Below the pieces are notes generated by a model. The model ran no database searches. It was not told the origin of the DNA and saw only the letters and a list, made by a program, of their open reading frames with translations. From assembly GCA_028534125.1 (NCBI GenBank), contig CM052832.1:22570001-22634000 (forward strand): a DNA stretch of 64,000 nucleotides. Reading direction: 5' to 3'. This DNA comes from Lama glama. Lineage: Eukaryota. A program made the translations under genes and the position numbers. Below, one piece after another: positions 37,575 to 50,444 of this stretch; position 1 is the stretch's first letter; each line of letters opens with the position of its first letter.

Positions 37575-37659
37575 TTTTTTCCCTTTAATGGAGGTATTGG
37601 GAATTGAACCTGGGACCTCATGTATGCTAAGCATGTGCTCTACCACTGAGCTATACCCC
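37575..37659 (-). mobile_element. Vic-1-type SINE
   Basis: aatggaggtattgggaattgaacctgggacctcatgtatgctaagcatgtgctctaccactgagctatacccc. Confidence 0.9.
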
Positions 37660-39427
37660 AACCAACTAATGCATAGCCCCTTACCCAGCCCGTTATCCAG
37701 CAGCCATATTGCTGTAGATTTATAATACCTGATACTTTGTCTTGAGTCATCAAAGATACTCTTGTCATTAAATGGATGAACTGTCTTAAGAAATTAATTG
37801 AAACAAGATTTCCAGGGCGATGCCAGTGTGAATTCTGGTAAAAATCACAACTTAGAGCAAAAAAAAAAAATTTAATAATGTAAACATTTCAGAAAGAACC
37901 AAACTGAACCCTTTTCCTTATAGATATTTTTTCCATTTAAATTCTCAGTCTTTTGTGTCGATGTGGTCCTCCTGATCATAGCAAAGCAAGCAAATTTTCT
38001 AGCATGTATTGAGGCTTTTGGAGAATTTCTTCTTCAAAATGTATGCTTTAAAAACAAGTTCTGTTTTCAGACGGCATACTCAGTTACCCAGAGGGAGAGA
38101 AAAGCAACTTCACACAGACTGAACAATTCATAGCTCACTGAAAGGACTTCGGCTTTAACCAGTATGTTTAATGAGCACGACTAACAAAGAGGAAATGATA
38201 GATTCACCTGTTTTTCCCTCTGTGTGGAAGTTTGGCTAAAATTCTATAGAGAAGTGGTGCAGAAGGAAGGCTCCCAGGCTCTCAAACTGGGCTCGACCTC
38301 TGTGTAACTTCACAGTGGCTGGACCCGAGTTTGCAACAAGGAGATTCAGGTGGATAAGCTTGGAAATCTGCTTTATAAAGTTCAACCTTCCAAATAGAAA
38401 TTGGACGACGAGCAGATCTTGGACTGAATTTCCTCTGAGCAAAATAATACATAATTTTCTAGGGGCAGGGTGCACTAGGAATTTTTGCAATGTATGGGTA
38501 AGATTCTAAGAATGAGAAAGTGCCTAAATCTCTCTAGGCACTACTGCGGAGTCGTGTGGCTTGAAGAAGTCCTTCCATGTGTCTCCTGATTTTCAGGAAG
38601 ACACATTTTTTAGCCACAGTTAGAGAGGTGACATTTTATTTTCTCCATAAAAGACTCTCCTGGAAGGTTATTTTATAGTAACTTTTTTAGATTCATTCCA
38701 AAGAGGAGTTTTTTTTTTTTTCAGTCCAGACGGAACTCATATCTCTCATAAAGAGTGGCGAGAAGGTGGACTAGGTTATTCAGGGCTTGAGAAGCGTGTG
38801 AGAGTGTAATTTAAAGTTCTTCCTTTTATTGCTGGAGGTCTATCTGTATCCTTCTAGAGACAGAACCCAAACCGAAGAACGGTTTTCAGGTAGTCCCAGG
38901 GATGTGAAATACATTGTTACCTGCTTCAGAATTGCTTTCTTTCTGCCTCTGCATCTTACCCCTTTGTGTGGGCTTATTAGTTGCTAGCTAATACTTTTAG
39001 GAATGGAAAATGCCTGGCAAGCACAAAATTAGCTCTCGCTCGGCCTGCAAGTCATCATTAATACATCAAACCACCACTTCTTCTCTGAGTTCACGAGCCT
39101 GCATCAAGCAGCTATTACAGTTCAATCAGCACTGTCACACTAGATAAAGTCTGATCACCTGAGCCCTAGATTTCAATCAGCCACCATACTCTTGTCCGTG
39201 ACGGGAAGCCTCAAAATTTCAATGCAAGATGGACTTCAGAATCTGGATAAAAACCTCGAATTATCTTTCTGTTACCTAAAGCTTTCTAAGCATTAGTTGC
39301 CTCAGGTAATAATGTGCTGATAGACGTGTTCTCAGATATCCTTTACAGTCTACAATTGTACAAAAAGGCTAAGACATTGGGTGAAGAAAGTATTCTTTGT
39401 GGATAAACATAATTACAGTGACAACCG

Positions 39428-39660
39428 TGTGCAGTCCAGTAGAACTCTCTGTGATGAATAAAATATTCTGTGCTGTGCAGAGGGGTGCCCACCAGCCACC
39501 ATGCCTCTTGAGTGCTTGAAATGTGGCTAGTATTGCTGAAGAGCTGAAGTTCTAATTTTAAAGAATTTAAATTTAATAGCCACCAATCTAGTGGCCACAG
39601 TATCGGACAGGGACATTATATAGAATACTTCCATGGAAAGTACCTATCCTGTAGTATAGC
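39428..39660. mobile_element. hAT-Charlie (MER3-like)
   Basis: gtccagtagaactctctgtgatga...gagtgcttgaaatgtggctagt...tttaaatttaatagccac. Confidence 0.8.
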
Positions 39661-41714
39661 TGAGAGTATTCTGATTAAAGTATGTGTTTGCTTCTCTGTG
39701 ATAAGCCTACTTAAAATGGATGCTATAAAAATAACTGTTAAACCTGGAATTATTGCATGCCTTGGAAGTGTGTAGAAATGGGTGATACAATTTTTTAAAA
39801 TTATGAAATAATAGAAGATTTGGGCTGGTCCCTTAGAAATTATTTCTGTGAACTTGTTAAAACCATAGAGACATGATATTTCTGTAAGTATTCCATTCAT
39901 TGTAAAATTGTATGCCAAGTCTGTTTATGAACTGCGAGACCCTACTGCTTGTAAACAGAATCTCTGTCTTCTGTTGTTTTACTCTCATATATCTCGTTTG
40001 GGGTAAGCATTCAGTTTTTCGGTTTTTTCTTTTTTTTTTTTTTAAATGGTTAAAGTTTATCAGGATCTATCACCTACAGGAGGTGGTTCTCTAAACCTGA
40101 TGTGCAGTGCTGAACAGAAAATAAAAGCCGAGTTTTTTAACAGCTCATAATTTCCTTGCTGCAAGATTGTCCTTGGCTAATTAGCTCACTGCAGGAACTC
40201 AAATAAACAAACAAACTTTGACCAGCAGTATTTGTTTAACATATATACAATCCTTTCCCCAAAAGTAACATCAAGTTGTAACCAGTTAATTTGTACTTTT
40301 TAAAAAAAATTAGGTTGTCTCTGCTGTGCTTGTGAGTAGAGAAACCCCATGTGAGTCTGCATTTTAACTTCAAATGAACTAAGTGTATGTGTTGCCTTCA
40401 CATTGGCTTCTTGGTCTTCAGCAGATGTTGCTGGAAATACGTTAATACCTGATGATGGAATAGAAATGTAGTTCTTTCATCAGGAAGAATGGCTACAGTT
40501 AATTTTCTTGAGAGGTTAATTCTGAATTAGCAAATGATTAGCATGAATCTTAGACTGGACAGTTTCTGTTTTGGACCTAATAATTCAGTCTTGGAACCCT
40601 CCAATCCTGAGGCAGGAATCCAGTTTTCTACCTAACAGCAAAGGGATTATGAAAAGTTCTCAGAGGAGGTGCTGGATTTTCTCATAAACCTCCAGCTCCC
40701 TGTTGACTGAGACTGTCAAGATTTGCAAGTCAGTTCAGAGTGATTGACTCCTGGTCTTGATTATTGAGCAGCATATTGATTCTTGGTGTCCTCTGATAAG
40801 AAACGTCAGGAACTCATCTGTCTATGTCATCCTTATATATATAGCCTGACCTAAAATTCCAGACATTTGGCATTCAGTCAGAAATATTACTAGATGGTTT
40901 GCATGTGATGTCACCAAGACAGTGTGATGACAGAAATCTATGATAAGTCTTTCAAAAAAGTTATATTAAAGCAAATAATCCATCAACTATAGATAAATAG
41001 CTTTGATTTCTTAAGAAGTTCCTCTACCTGTCCACCTGGTATCAGATACAAACCAATGTCAAATGGTGAAATACGGTCCTTTTAAAAATCAATTTGCAGA
41101 TGTGGGCTAGGGAGATCTTACACCATGGAAAGTTTGCATAATATAATTGGGCACTTCTAATGACACATGGCTCATAACCTTAGTATTTTAAATTTCGTTT
41201 ACTGACTGGTAAAGGTGTCCTAGATAATGAAGGTGATTTCAGTATTGTGCAGTGGTGATGTAATTTAGGGTGCAGATTCACAATGGGACAAAAATCCTAA
41301 AACAAGTAAAAAATCCTAAACTGGTAAAAACTCATGGACCTTGATTTGGTCATGGAGCTTTTTGTCTCCAGTTTAAAAGCAGGGATTCCTTAATTTTTAC
41401 TTGCCACCATGTTTGAAATGATACTGTAAGTGATTGGTATGTTGGTATTCCTGGCCATCTGGCACCTAACAGAAAACATAGATCCATTATCGTATGGTGA
41501 AATGCCAGTAGAACAAAGCAGTGGTTTCATTCCATCATAATTTGCTGACACTTACACGAGTAGAGATATGGCTAACCTTATGGAAAGTGTCTTTACATTT
41601 GGTGAGTTTAACATTGAGGAATGCCTCCTCCAGGTCATGGGGAAAAGAGTTACCCTTGTGCATACAGAATAAGGTCTACAAATATAAAGTAAGCATCTTT
41701 ATATGTGTTATTTT

Positions 41715-42350
41715 GGTTGGTGGTTTTCCGTGTTTTCTATTGCGGTAAAAATTAACCACAAATTCAGTGATTTAAGCATGTCTATTTTTCGTTTATTTTA
41801 TCATGGTTTCTGTGGGTTAGCAGTTTACATGGTTTGGCTCATCTAGTTTCTCTAGTTAAGATTTTACATGACTGAGATCAAGAGATGACTGGGCTGTGTT
41901 CCTTTCTGGAGGCTCTGGGAAGACTGTCTAAGCCCATTCAGGTTGTCGACAGAGGTTCAGTTCCTGGTGGTCCTAGGACTGCCTTTGGATTTGAGGGTTT
42001 CTTGCTGACCATCAGCCAGAGGCAGCCTTTAGTTCCTAGCAATCTCTCTGCCACCCTTGTGTGTGGCCCCTGCATCTCAGGACCGGCAGTGAGGTGTCAG
42101 ATCCTCCTCACACTTGGAATCTTTCTGACCTTCCCTTCTACAGTATCCTTGATGCTACCCAGGGAAAGTTCTCTGCTTTTAAATGCTTTTGTGGTTAGAT
42201 TGGACCCATCTAATAATTGAGGATAGTCTCTCCTTCTTATGGTCCTTAATTACACCTGCAAGTCCCTTTTGTCATGCAGGGTGGAGTATCCAGTGTTCCA
42301 GGGATTGAGGTATGGACATCTTTTGGGGGGCCATTATTCTTCTTACCACA
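41715..42350 (-). mobile_element. MaLR LTR (MLT1E-like)
   Basis: gggctgtgttcctttctggaggctct, ccattcaggttgtcgacaga, ggacatctttttggggggccattattcttcttaccaca. Confidence 0.85.
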
Positions 42351-42929
42351 GTGATTGTCAGGGTAAATGACTTATTATTAACTGTAGTTTAAGAAAGTTA
42401 CCTTTACCTCTCTGTCTCTCACTCACGCACTCTTTAGGTACCTGGAATACTAAAAGGAGGGGCTTTTCCATATGTTTCTACAAATTTATTCTCTTAAAAT
42501 TTCCTCATCAAGCACAACTTAGGCATTTGTTATTATATCTGGAAACTTTAAAAACACAGGCTCTGTGAAGTAATAAACAGTTCCAAAGCAAAGGAAATGA
42601 TAAATTTAGTGTGATTAAGAATATTGCTGGTTGTGAAGGCAGTTCCTTTATTACCTCCATTGTCATAGTTTTTAATTAAAAAAAAACCCAAAAAACAAAA
42701 TTAGTAAAGTCTGTTGTATATGTAAGAATAACCCAGTGTTGTCTATATGCTTGGAATATGGGGGCTGTTTAAGTTCCAGTTCATGGATCATTTTAGTGTC
42801 AACAAAATCTTACCACTAGAAATTAGTACAGTGCCAGGTTAAGTGTATTTAAGTAGATAAAATCTTGTTTGACATGATACCAGTAACACTGGGACACTAG
42901 AACACTGGCCAATTTTTTTTTTCATTTTA

Positions 42930-45300
42930 TGCTGTGTTAATTCTATTCAGGTTTTCTGCTTCTTGTTGGTACTTTATATTTGTCTAGAAGATTGTTCGTT
43001 TCATCCAGGTTTTCAAGTTTATTGGTAATTTTGAAGTGTTGTGCCACAATTTAAAAATTAAGAATATTTTAATTTGTAGCTACATTTATTACTTGTGGTT
43101 TATTTTGAACTTTGTTATTGTTATTATTTCATTTTTTCTTTTAATATACTCCTAAAAGTATTAGTGTTTTAAATGAGGCATGGTGTTTTTTATAGTCAAT
43201 TCTAATTTTTGTGTATGCTTATAATCATTTGGGGGTTTTATGTTGATTTCTTCCCATTGGGGTTATTTTATTATTACTTTTCTAGCATATTCTGTAAAAA
43301 AGTTGACTTATTTAATCTCTTGTTTTTAAGAAATAATTTAAAGTTTATAAATTCTCCTCTGAGAACCACATTGTCCTTATCCCACTGGCTTTGAAATATT
43401 ACTATTTTTCACATTATTAAATATTTTGCAATTTCCATTTTGTTTTCCTGCTTATTAACTCATTAATCAGTTAAATGTTGGGGGGGGACTTCCCAGATAC
43501 GTGAAGTTGGGAGGAGAGGGTTGTCTTCTGTTGACTTCTAATTTTACTGTTTGTGAACGTGGCCATTTTGGCACTAATAGTGTGGTATTTGTGGAGACGT
43601 CCCTTTGGGTCTAGAACATGTTTGTAAATGGAGTTTTTGTGTTCGAAAAGAATGTACATTCTTGGTTTCTGGATGCAAAGTTCTGTACAAATCTGTTGCA
43701 TCAAACGTGTTTGTTAGATTCAAATCTTCCACACCGTCGCTTTTTTGTGTGCTTGATCTGTCAGTATATGAGAGACATGTACTGTCATTACAGGTTTGTC
43801 TGTTTCTTTGTGTTTCTATCAGGTTTTGCTTTATGTATGTTTTAAGCTTTATTTAGGTTCATGCAAGTTCAAAAGTTTATATCTCATTAATACTTTTTTC
43901 CATTTATTGACATGAATGTCTCTGTGTTTCTTGGATTCTATTTAGACAGCTGTAATATCTTTATATCTTCTTTTTGTTGTTGTTAGTGCTTGCCTGGTTT
44001 GTTTTTTTTCCATTCCTTTATTTTCAGCCCCTCTAATTCCTCTTGTTTAAGGTGTATGTATTTTGTAAACTGCCTATAATTGCATAGTGTTTTATCCATT
44101 CTGAGAGTCTCTGTCTCTTAAGAAGGTGTGCACATTTTCTTTGGTCATTAAAATCTTTAGGCTTGCGTCTAGTTTCTTTTCCCATGTGTTTTCTATTTAC
44201 CTTGCTTTCTCATTGTTTCATATCTTTTTCTCCTCTTGCCTCCTGTTGAATTGTTCAAGATTTATTTACTCTATTTTTTCATCTATTGGTTAAAAAAGCT
44301 ATGCTTTCAATTTCTGTGCTTCTATTGTTACGTTTACATTTTTAACACACATAAATAAACTTATTAGAGTTTTTTGATAAAGTCTGTTATTATTCAGTTA
44401 CTTTTCTCATCCCCTCAAAGAAGATAAAAATGTTAGAATATTTTTTATTCTGGGGTTCCACTCACCCAAAACCCCAGTAACCCCATACTCTTATCTGGAA
44501 TCTTAATTTCACTTATCAAAGTCTTTTTGTTTATCATACTAGTTATTCAGCTGTTACTGATAGATTTTACTGTGTATAAGTTGCTTCTCACTGTACTTTT
44601 TAAATCTAAATTCTTCTGCAGATTACTTTTTCTTCTTGTTAGAATATATCCTTTATGAGTTAACTCTGCAAGAGTCAATAGGTAGTAAAATTTCTGAAGG
44701 CTTAAACATATTAAAATACCTTTTTAAAATGTTTACTCTTGAATAGTTTGCTTTTACTTTTAAAATTTCATTGTGTATTGAATTCCAGGTTGAAAGTTTT
44801 TTTCTGTCAGGTTTAGAAACATTTTTCCATTGCATTCTTGCATTCTGTGGTACTGACAGGGAATTTGGTCATTCTGAAGTATTATTTTTGAATCTGATTT
44901 TTCTTTCCTCTTTGGGAGATTTCACGATTTTTCTCTTTATTGTTATGTTCGTGCTTATCGTATTTGTAGTGAGGTTTTACATTTATCTTCCTTCTTATCA
45001 CCTGGTGAGTACTGTCAGCCTAAAGACTCCTGTATTTTTCCCTAGTTCTGGGATATAATTTTCTGTTGTTTTTTCTACTGTTGCTTCCCTTTCGTTCTTT
45101 CTGTTATTTTCTTCTGGAAATATTATTAGAGGAATATTAAATTTGGGGTGTCTGTTCCAAATGTTTTATATTTTCCTGTGGGTTTTCATCTTTTTATCTT
45201 TCTGTGCTACATTTTGGGATAATTCTTCAGTTCAGTTGTATTAGTGACTGATCTACTCTCCAGCTATTAAGACCACATACTGAGGTTTTATTTTAAGAAT
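42930..45300 (-). mobile_element. Ancient L1 (ORF2 EN through ORF1), decayed
   Basis: Reverse-strand EN-like peptide in the ORF track (HKNSIYKHVLDPKGRLHKY); tccattctgagagtctctgtct; ccattgcattcttgcattctgtg. Confidence 0.75.
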
Positions 45301-45798
45301 TTGGGTACACAAAATTGGGTTAGTGTTAATCCTTGGTTCATGGCACATTAACATCATTGCTTTAGCCAGGGTCATTTTACATTTAACTTATGTAGCATTT
45401 ATTTACTTCTATAATACAGTGGATATCCATGAATATGCCACCAAAGTCAATAATTGAAACATGCCAAATAACTTCATATGCCTGTATGTCTCTCTTGTGG
45501 CCGTTTCTTCCACCAAATGTCCTAAACTTTGTTCATTTTTCAGTTACTTTTTAAGAAGTTTGATCACACACAGAAGTATATGCCTAAAATAAACGATTTA
45601 GTTTTGCTTATTTTTGTGCCTTATTTAAAGGATACTTGTTTATATAATCTTCTGGGACTGTCTTTTTATTCGTTATTAAGATTTATCCATGTTGGTGATG
45701 TACCTGCAGGTCACTTATTTTACTACTGTATAGTATTTTCTTATATGTACGTACTACAACTTACTCTTGGGTTGATGGCATTTACTTCAGTTTTATAT

Positions 45799-46394
45799 TG
45801 TATAGGGCTGGGAATTACAGGCATTATCTTGTAATAACATTTAATAGAATAAATCTAAAAATACTGAATCACTATGCTGTACACCTGAAGCTAATAGAAT
45901 ATTGTAAATCAACTACAATAAAAATAATTTTAAAAATTAAATACTCAATGTATATTGAGTAGAAAGGAATCTAACACAGGGTATTAGGAGCTTACTACAC
46001 ATTGTTTGAAGGACATGGAAAGAAGTCAGAGGGACCACTCCTGACTTTCAGGAAACCTCAGAGTTCAGGAGAGCCACCACCAATGATCTCAGTGGCTTGC
46101 AGTAGTGAAGTGGGCTGTTTTCAGGAGAATTATCAAAAGCCCCTGGTAAAACCTCATTTCTGTTCCCTACCAGTGCTCCCTGCTTTGCTTACAGTGCTGC
46201 TGGAAACCATGGCTTCTCCTCCTTTTTTGCTTTTCTAATTTCATAGACGTGATTCTCACTGGTATCACATAACCCACGATTCTGTTGGCAAGACATCTGG
46301 GAAATACAGTTTCTATGCTATTTCTCTCCTATATAGGAGAAAGTATAGAACAGAGTGGGGATAATGCTAAAATGACCATGGAAAATCTGTTACA
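45799..46394 (-). mobile_element. Old LTR (MLT1M/N or LTR78/79-like)
   Basis: TG...CA ends; ggcaagacatctgggaaatacagttt motif; interrupts the L1. Confidence 0.45.
45860..45940 (+). mobile_element. Short cetartiodactyl L1 3' terminus
   Basis: ctgaatcactatgctgtacacctgaagctaatagaatattgtaaatcaactac plus A-rich tail. Confidence 0.8.
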
Positions 46395-46791
46395 ATGTGT
46401 TTAAGAGTTTCTTTAGAACAGAAATGGAAATGCCTAGGTCAGAGAATATGTGAATATTCACATTTATAAGACATTGACTGATAGTCTTTTCCAGTTTACA
46501 TTTTTACCAGAAATACATGACGTTCTTTTGATCCATATTCTTTCTACCATTTTGTATTGTCTACTTTCTTAGTTTTTGTCAATCAAATGGATGTAAACCA
46601 ATATCTCATTGTGATCTTGATTTACATTTCCCTAATTACTAATGAGGTTGAGCGTTCTTTGATACATTTGTTTCTCACATTTTTCTCTCCTGTTAAATGT
46701 CCAATTGACTATATGTAAGATTTTTTTCTGTTGTATTTGTTCTTTATCTTACTAATTTTTAGGACTGCTTGAAATATTCATTATTAACCCA

Positions 46792-48135
46792 GGACTTCTG
46801 GCTTTCAGTAATGGCAGAGTAGCTTGTATGAGACTAACCCTCCTGCTGCTAAGAATTATAAGTGTGTTAGAAAGCACTGGGAAAGACAGAAGACAGACAT
46901 AAACTGGGTAAGATACAACCTTTTAAAGAAAGTAACTATAGTGGTGAAATCCACATCATCTGACTCTTCTTCCCAGGGCACTCCTCCATTCACATGACAG
47001 TCAAGGATAGAGCTCAGGAAGAAACCAGCGGTCTTATTAGGATAAGAAATCACAGGTCAGAGTTAGGCATTGTTACACCAACTGGAAATTGATGCGGTAA
47101 ATCCTAGAAAGGAGGGAGCCACAGTTTGGGGGAGCTCCAGATTTGCACACAAACGTCTATCAAGTTCTTGGCTGACTCCTGTATTGCATGGACATGGAGT
47201 AAGACTCAGAATAGCCCTAGAATCAACAACAGCTAGAAAGCTGAAAGGGATGAGCACAGATTTCAACAGCTGTCCACAGCTGAGAAGGCAGAATTTAGAG
47301 TTAAAATCCTTTCAGGTTAGAGATGCTTGATACACAACTTGGACTATTCAGGGAAACCTCAAAAGGCCAATGACTAAGAGAGACAGACAAAACTAAAATA
47401 GACCTGCTTTAACAAAACTTAATGCCAAATCTCCACAAGATCAAGGTGGTCTGCCAGTAATTTAACTGTCTACTAGGAAAAAACCAACAGTTTTTGGAGT
47501 ATGATAACATAATCCAGAATTTTTATAACATAGCATTCACAATGTCTAGTGTACAATAAAAAATTACTAAGCAGAGAGGGGAAGAGAGAGAATCCACATG
47601 TTGAATTAGCAGACAATAACCATACTAAATATTTTTTAAAAAATACATGAAAGTGTGGATATAGTAGATGAGGAAATAGATATTTTCAGGAGAGACATGG
47701 AATCTCAAAAAGGAACCAAAATGAAATTCTGGAATTGAAAACAATATCTAAAAACAAAAATTTCCTAGATGGGATTAATATCAGAAGAGAAACTACAGAA
47801 GAAAGGATTTGTGAAGCTGAGATGAGGTAAATAGAAATTATCCAAACTGAAGCACAGAGATTTAAAAATAATAATTAAGAAAAAAAAGTGTTAATGATCC
47901 ATTGGACTATATGAAAAAAAATCTAAAATTAGTGTAAATGGAGTCCCAGAAAAAGAGTCATTTGAAAAATATTACCTGAAAATGTTCCATATTTAAGTGA
48001 AAAAAAATCACCCCATGGGTCCATGATTCTTAGCAAACCCCAAGCAGGATGAAGGATGAGAAAACAACTTTTAAACCATTATAGTTAAGTTGCTAAAATT
48101 AAGCTAAAAGATAGTCAAAGCATTTGGTGGACAAA
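46792..48135 (+). mobile_element. Old L1 5'UTR plus ORF1 region
   Basis: Starts ggacttctggctttcagtaatggcagagtag (old L1 5' end); ORF1-like aatagaaattatccaaactgaagcacagaga, ggagtcccagaa, gcaaaccccaagcaggat. Confidence 0.75.
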
Positions 48136-48170
48136 TAATTATATTTTATTCATATATGTCTGTCTAATAA

Positions 48171-48270
48171 NNNNNNNNNNNNNNNNNNNNNNNNNNNNNN
48201 NNNNNNNNNNNNNNNNNNNNNNNNNNNNNNNNNNNNNNNNNNNNNNNNNNNNNNNNNNNNNNNNNNNNNN
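48171..48270. other. Assembly gap (100 N)
   Basis: Directly visible; followed by a C14 run. Confidence 1.
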
Positions 48271-48284
48271 CCCCCCCCCCCCCC

Positions 48285-49990
48285 AGTTTTTAAGTTGTCT
48301 TTTGACTTTGTTTATGGTGTTTTCTCTCTTAGAATTTTTTTTTTAAAATGCATTAAATTCATCAGGTTTTTCTTTTATTACCTTTGGATTTTGAGTCACA
48401 GTTAGAAAGCCTTCCCACATACCAAGGTTAAAGAGGAATTACCCATGCCTTTTTCTAGTACCTGTTTGGTTTCATTTTTTTTTATATTTAGATCCCTAAT
48501 TCAGTTCCAGTTTATTCTTGTATACTGTGTGAAATAGGGGTCTAATTACATTTTTTGCCCAGATGACTATCCATTTATCAAAGAACCATTTCTAAAAGTG
48601 TCCATTATTACCCACTATGATTTGAGATGCCACCTTTATCAGATACTGCATTTCCATGTATATTTAGGTTTATTTCTAGACTTTCTATATTCTGTTCCAC
48701 TAATTTACTTGCCTGTTTATGTGCCAGCTCCGCCTGTTTTAGTTACAGTCTTTATAGTATGTTTTATTATTTGACAGGGCTGATCCTTTCTCATAGTTTT
48801 GCTTTTTCACTGTTTCTCTGGCTAATCTTGCATTTTTCTTCCATGTAAACTTTAGTATCAATTTACCTAACTGCTTATAATCTCTCTTCGGTATCTTTAT
48901 TGAGATTGCATTGAATTTATAAATTAATTTAGGGAGAACTGATGTCTTCATGATGCTGAGTCATCACATATCCAAGAAAAGGGAGTGGCTCTTCACTTTT
49001 TAAACCTACTTTTGTGTCTTTCAGAAATGACTTAAAGTTATCATCAGATAGGTTTTGCGTATTTCTTGTTAAATTTGATCCTAAGTATTTAATCTCCTCT
49101 ATTTTGGTTCTCTCTACTGTATGGTCTCTATTTATTGTTTGTGTACATGAAGGCTACTGATTTTATATTCCTACATGTTACTTAACTCTTTTACAGTTTA
49201 ATTTTGTCATTGATTCTCTGGGAGTTTACAGGTATAATATCTGCAAACAGAGATAGTACCTCTTTACTTAATCTTATGCCGCTGATTGCTTTTTCTTGTC
49301 TAATCACGTTGGTTGATACTAATCTAGTACAGTGTTGAATAGCACTGGAGATAGACTAGAGATAGAATCATTGCCTTGCCCCTAATCTAGTTGTTTTCCT
49401 ATTAAATAAGATTCTGGCTTCTGGATTTAAGTATTTCTATCTGTATTTCTATCTTTATCTAGATTGACAGAGATGTTATTACATTATGCAAATGTCTCTC
49501 AATTCCTATTTCTTGAGTATTTAAGTAATGAATGATTGTTGAATTTGGTCAAATGTTTTGTCAGCATCTATGGAGATAATCATGTTTTCCTCATGTTTAT
49601 TGGTATGATAGATGATATTAATATATTTTATAATAGTGAGTCAATTTATAATCCAGGAACAAAAACTGTTACTATATTGCATATTACTAGCTTAAAGTGA
49701 TGTTGGAGTCTGTGTGTTAGTATTTTGTTTTAGTGTATTTTCACTGATATTCACTAGCGATATTGGTCTTTGGTTTTTTGCACAATCTTTATCTGGGCTA
49801 TCAATTTGTATCATATTTACTTCAAAAAAGGATTTGGAGACTCTTCCTTCCTTGTCAGTACTCTTGAATAACTCCTACAGCATTGGGATTGTCTGATGTT
49901 TGAGGATTTGGTGGAGTAATGTTGTGAAACCATCTAGGTCTGGTGCTTTTTGTAGGGTAGTTCCTTCTAATTTTCTCTGTTTCTTCCATG
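48285..49990 (-). mobile_element. L1 ORF2 (RT and C-terminal region), decayed
   Basis: ORF 48739-48951(-) SVLPKLIYKFNAISIKIP...KLILKFTWKKNAR...YYK is L1 ORF2-like. Confidence 0.9.
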
Positions 49991-50168
49991 GAAATTTTCT
50001 GTACAAGGTTGTTTGTTTTCCCTTGGTCTGCCTTTGTCTACCGCAAGGCCCTGTAGCTGGGGGCAGTGGAGAGGTAGTATAAGAGGTTGCACACTGAGAT
50101 TTGGTAAATTTTCTTTTTATACCTTCAGTTATTTTGCAATTTCAGCATTCTCTGCCTTTAGGTAATAG

Positions 50169-50425
50169 TGTGATGGTGAACTTGACTAGACCACGGGGTG
50201 CCCAGATACTTGGTAAACACCCTTCTGGGCATTTCTGTGGACATATTTTTACATGAAATTAGCATTTAAATCCATAGACTGAATAAAGCAGATTGTTTTC
50301 TCTACTGTGGGTGGGACTTACGCAATCAGTTGAAGGCCTAAATAGAACAAAGCTGACCCTCCCCTGAATAAGAGAAAACTTTTTTCTGCCTGAGGGCCTT
50401 AGAACTGGGACATCAGCCTTCCCCT
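50169..50425 (+). mobile_element. MLT2 (ERVL) LTR, 5' portion only
   Basis: tgtgatggtgaacttgactagaccacggggtgcccagatact...caatcagttgaaggcctaaatagaacaaa. Confidence 0.85.
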
Positions 50426-50444
50426 CCCTGCCTCCCTCTGCCCT

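Larger units (their letters stand above)
45340..46790 (-). mobile_element. L1ME-type 3' region interrupted by an old LTR and a short L1 tail
   Basis: gatttatccatgttg...actgtatagtattt; resumes at gagtttctttagaacagaaatggaaatgcctaggtcagag...atctcattgtgatcttgatttacatttccctaattactaatgaggttgag. Confidence 0.75.

Noticed and set aside
38071..38165. Plus-strand acceptor ttctgttttcag followed by exon-like sequence
   Set aside because: Stops in all three frames and only a weak donor.
40900..40960. TGATGA-like boxes suggesting a C/D snoRNA
   Set aside because: No properly spaced D box with a terminal stem.
48739..48951. 70-aa ORF with real protein similarity
   Set aside because: L1 ORF2 relic, not a host gene.
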